A DNA stretch of 63,824 nucleotides, counting the filler, from Phoronis australis (Eukaryota > Animalia > Phoronida): assembly GCA_002633005.1 (NCBI GenBank). It is 13 parts of 13 records of this genome, joined end to end, with 100 filler letters (N's around TTAATTAATTAA, not from the genome) between each part and the next. Parts side by side here need not be neighbours in the genome. Positions count along the whole stretch, not along the records: positions 61,498 to 62,701 come from NMRA01002032.1; positions 62,802 to 63,824 come from NMRA01001639.1; 11 more parts are not named here. One strand, 5' to 3'. The notes under the pieces are model-generated. The model did no database searches, was not told the DNA's origin, and saw only the letters and a program-made list of their open reading frames with translations. Below, in pieces: positions 61,829 to 63,824 of the stretch; within the stretch, counting starts at the first letter, position 1; every line of letters begins with the position of its first letter. The position numbers were made by a program, and so were the translations under genes.

Positions 61829-62801
61829 CTGCAATAGGCGTTACAAGTATCTTCAAATACACATCTCGATTATCCCAAACTCATGTTTTTCTTCCTTAAC
61901 TCCAAGTGGACGAAAAAGAAGGCAATCATTACACATGGAGGATGGTGGTGTAATTCTCATCACAACATACTCTCCACCCCAAACTCAGTGCTCATTAAAC
62001 CGACAACACGATGAAGTTCAGATGCGTGGTTAAAACTACATTTTCCATGCTCACCTGCAATAGGCAAACATTCCACCATGACATCACTAACGTGCCTTAA
62101 AAATCCGAAATAGCCTGGCATTCATTGTCTCAAGAACCCTGGAGAGTCTGAACAGTAGCAGGAAACAGTTACTCATACTCAGATATTACATTGTATCCCT
62201 CTCACATAGATTGTGAAACAACATAGATTGTATGCTTCTACTCTTTGCAAACTGACGCTGACTTAGCTTTCAAAGCCTCAACAGGCATGATTTGCTTAAT
62301 GCCTATAACAACAAGATTTTTACCCCGTTTTGTTCGGCTAGGAGTGCCGACATGCCCCTGCACTACCTAATAGTTAAAACTTAACACTAAGGGTTCGCAG
62401 GTGAGCACTCCACAAGAACACTGCTAACTTGGCTCACAGCATTGCAAATGAGCTTTTCTTGTAATTTGCATAATTTTGTCTTATTTTTTTCTCAAAAGAT
62501 GACAAGAGTGAAAAATGCAACGGTGTTAAACGACAGCAGTAAAGTAGAAGGTTCACATCAATTGAGAGCTTTACCAAAACAAAGATCAATCGATTCTCAA
62601 TAACATGCACTAAACAGGTGAACAATAACCATCTTGTCACTACTAGTCCACCTCTCCCACAACACCCACTTCCTCCCAACACTCACTTCCCCCCAACACC
62701 CNNNNNNNNNNNNNNNNNNNNNNNNNNNNNNNNNNNNNNNNNNNNTTAATTAATTAANNNNNNNNNNNNNNNNNNNNNNNNNNNNNNNNNNNNNNNNNNN
62801 N

Positions 62802-63031
62802 AGGAAAGTTAAAGGTGACTAAGCCATTCTGTAATTAACAGGAAAGTTAAAGGTGACTAAGCCATTCTGTAATTAACAGAGGAAAGTTAAAGGTGACTAA
62901 GCCATTCTGTAATTAACAGGAAAGTTAAAGGTGACTAAGCCATTCTGTAATTAACAGAGGAAAGTTAAAGGTGACTAAGCCATTCTGTAATTAACAGGAA
63001 AGTTAAAGGTGACTAAGCCATTGTGTAATTA
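62802..63031. repeat. 38/40-bp minisatellite, 6 copies
   Basis: AGGAAAGTTAAAGGTGACTAAGCCATTCTGTAATTAAC(AG) repeated. Confidence 0.95.
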
Positions 63032-63099
63032 GAATTTTACAGTTGTAATATTTTGTTGCTAACAGAATCAACTGTCACGATGAGGAAAGGGTATTTTGT

Positions 63100-63366
63100 T
63101 TGACTGCATTTGCCATTGATATCTGATTTGGAAAGTGCTGCCATCTGGAGATGACACTAAACAAGTTGACTGCATTTTCCATTGATATCTGATTTTGGAA
63201 AGTGCTGCCATCTGGAGATGGCACTAAACAAGTTGACTGCATTTGCCATTGATATCTGAATTTGGAAAGTGCTGCCATCTGGAGATGACACTAAACAAGT
63301 TGACTGCATTTGCCATTGATATCTGATTTTGGAAAGTGCTGCCATCTGGAGATGACACTAAACAAG
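63100..63366. repeat. 66/67-bp minisatellite, 4 copies
   Basis: TTGACTGCATTTGCCATTGATATCTGATTTTGGAAAGTGCTGCCATCTGGAGATGACACTAAACAAG repeated. Confidence 0.95.
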
Positions 63367-63451
63367 ATATTTGTAATGCTGTGTTGCTCTTCACAATAGA
63401 GGTGCTCTGAGTGAGTGTACAAGTTTGCTTGCTTGAAGCAAATTTTCTTAC

Positions 63452-63547
63452 CTGTGCCCCAGTTTTCTTAGCGACTTCAATTATTTTGTCAATATTTAGA
63501 TAACTCAGCTGTGATGCAGCAGGTCCAATGTTGTAGGCCTCATCAGC
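63452..63547 (-). CDS. MCCC1: Biotin carboxylase exon, most like methylcrotonoyl-CoA carboxylase alpha subunit
   Basis: ttaattgcag|...CAG|gtaaga, 96 nt, phase 0-0. Encodes ADEAYNIGPAASQLSYLNIDKIIEVAKKTGAQ; ADEAY.IGPA.SQ.SYL favours MCCC1 over PCCA. Confidence 0.82.
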
Positions 63548-63824
63548 CTGCAATTAAAAAATAAAGTGCGTTAATTTAGAAGTTTTACTTGAATACACGG
63601 TTACGGAAAAACACAATTGTTAAAATTGCAATTTATTTTAATTTTTGAGCCTTACTACATTGCTGCAAATACTTAGAAGACTATATATTTGAGAATTCGC
63701 TTCTTGTATCCAATACCAAAGAATTTGTACCATTAATAAGATAGTGGTGAAATATAATAACTATTCAGATAAACGGAACAAAATATCTTCCACTGGGTCT
63801 TAGTCCATATGAGAAGCGAAAACT

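Noticed and set aside
40803-63547. Apparent cluster of mitochondrial matrix genes (PITRM1, XPNPEP3/Icp55, MCCC1), two of them presequence-processing peptidases
   Set aside because: They lie on different contigs separated by artificial spacers, so linkage is unsupported.
1-63824. tRNA, rRNA, snoRNA or tRNA-derived SINE genes
   Set aside because: No paired A/B boxes with a cloverleaf, and no rRNA or C/D-box structure, were recognised by eye. tRNAscan-SE and Infernal would be needed to exclude them.

Overview
This is eukaryotic DNA from an intron-rich animal, probably a bilaterian marine invertebrate; the species cannot be determined from the sequence. It is not one contiguous locus. Twelve identical 100-nt spacers (44 N + TTAATTAATTAA + 44 N) join 13 separate contigs or scaffolds, so adjacency across a spacer carries no biological meaning. 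Host-gene content is isolated GT-AG exons: an SRSF3/7-like RRM exon, an SLC7 LAT-type exon, an SLC6 exon, four PITRM1 exons, three XPNPEP3 exons, one MCCC1 exon and three unassigned coding fragments. Most of the rest is mobile DNA: a decayed BEL/Pao pol, Penelope-like and LINE fragments, Harbinger-type non-autonomous elements with CWG target duplications, an ISL2EU-like element with a THAP remnant, several MITEs and many minisatellites. The most notable feature is a DINE-1/HINE-type (Helentron-derived) element present in three copies. Its central array repeats a CTCF-consensus motif (CCACTAG-G-[G/T/A]-GGC-[G/A]-C) in one orientation about every 140 bp, and two copies differ by six motifs (11 vs 17). 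All calls were made by eye; no database searches were run.
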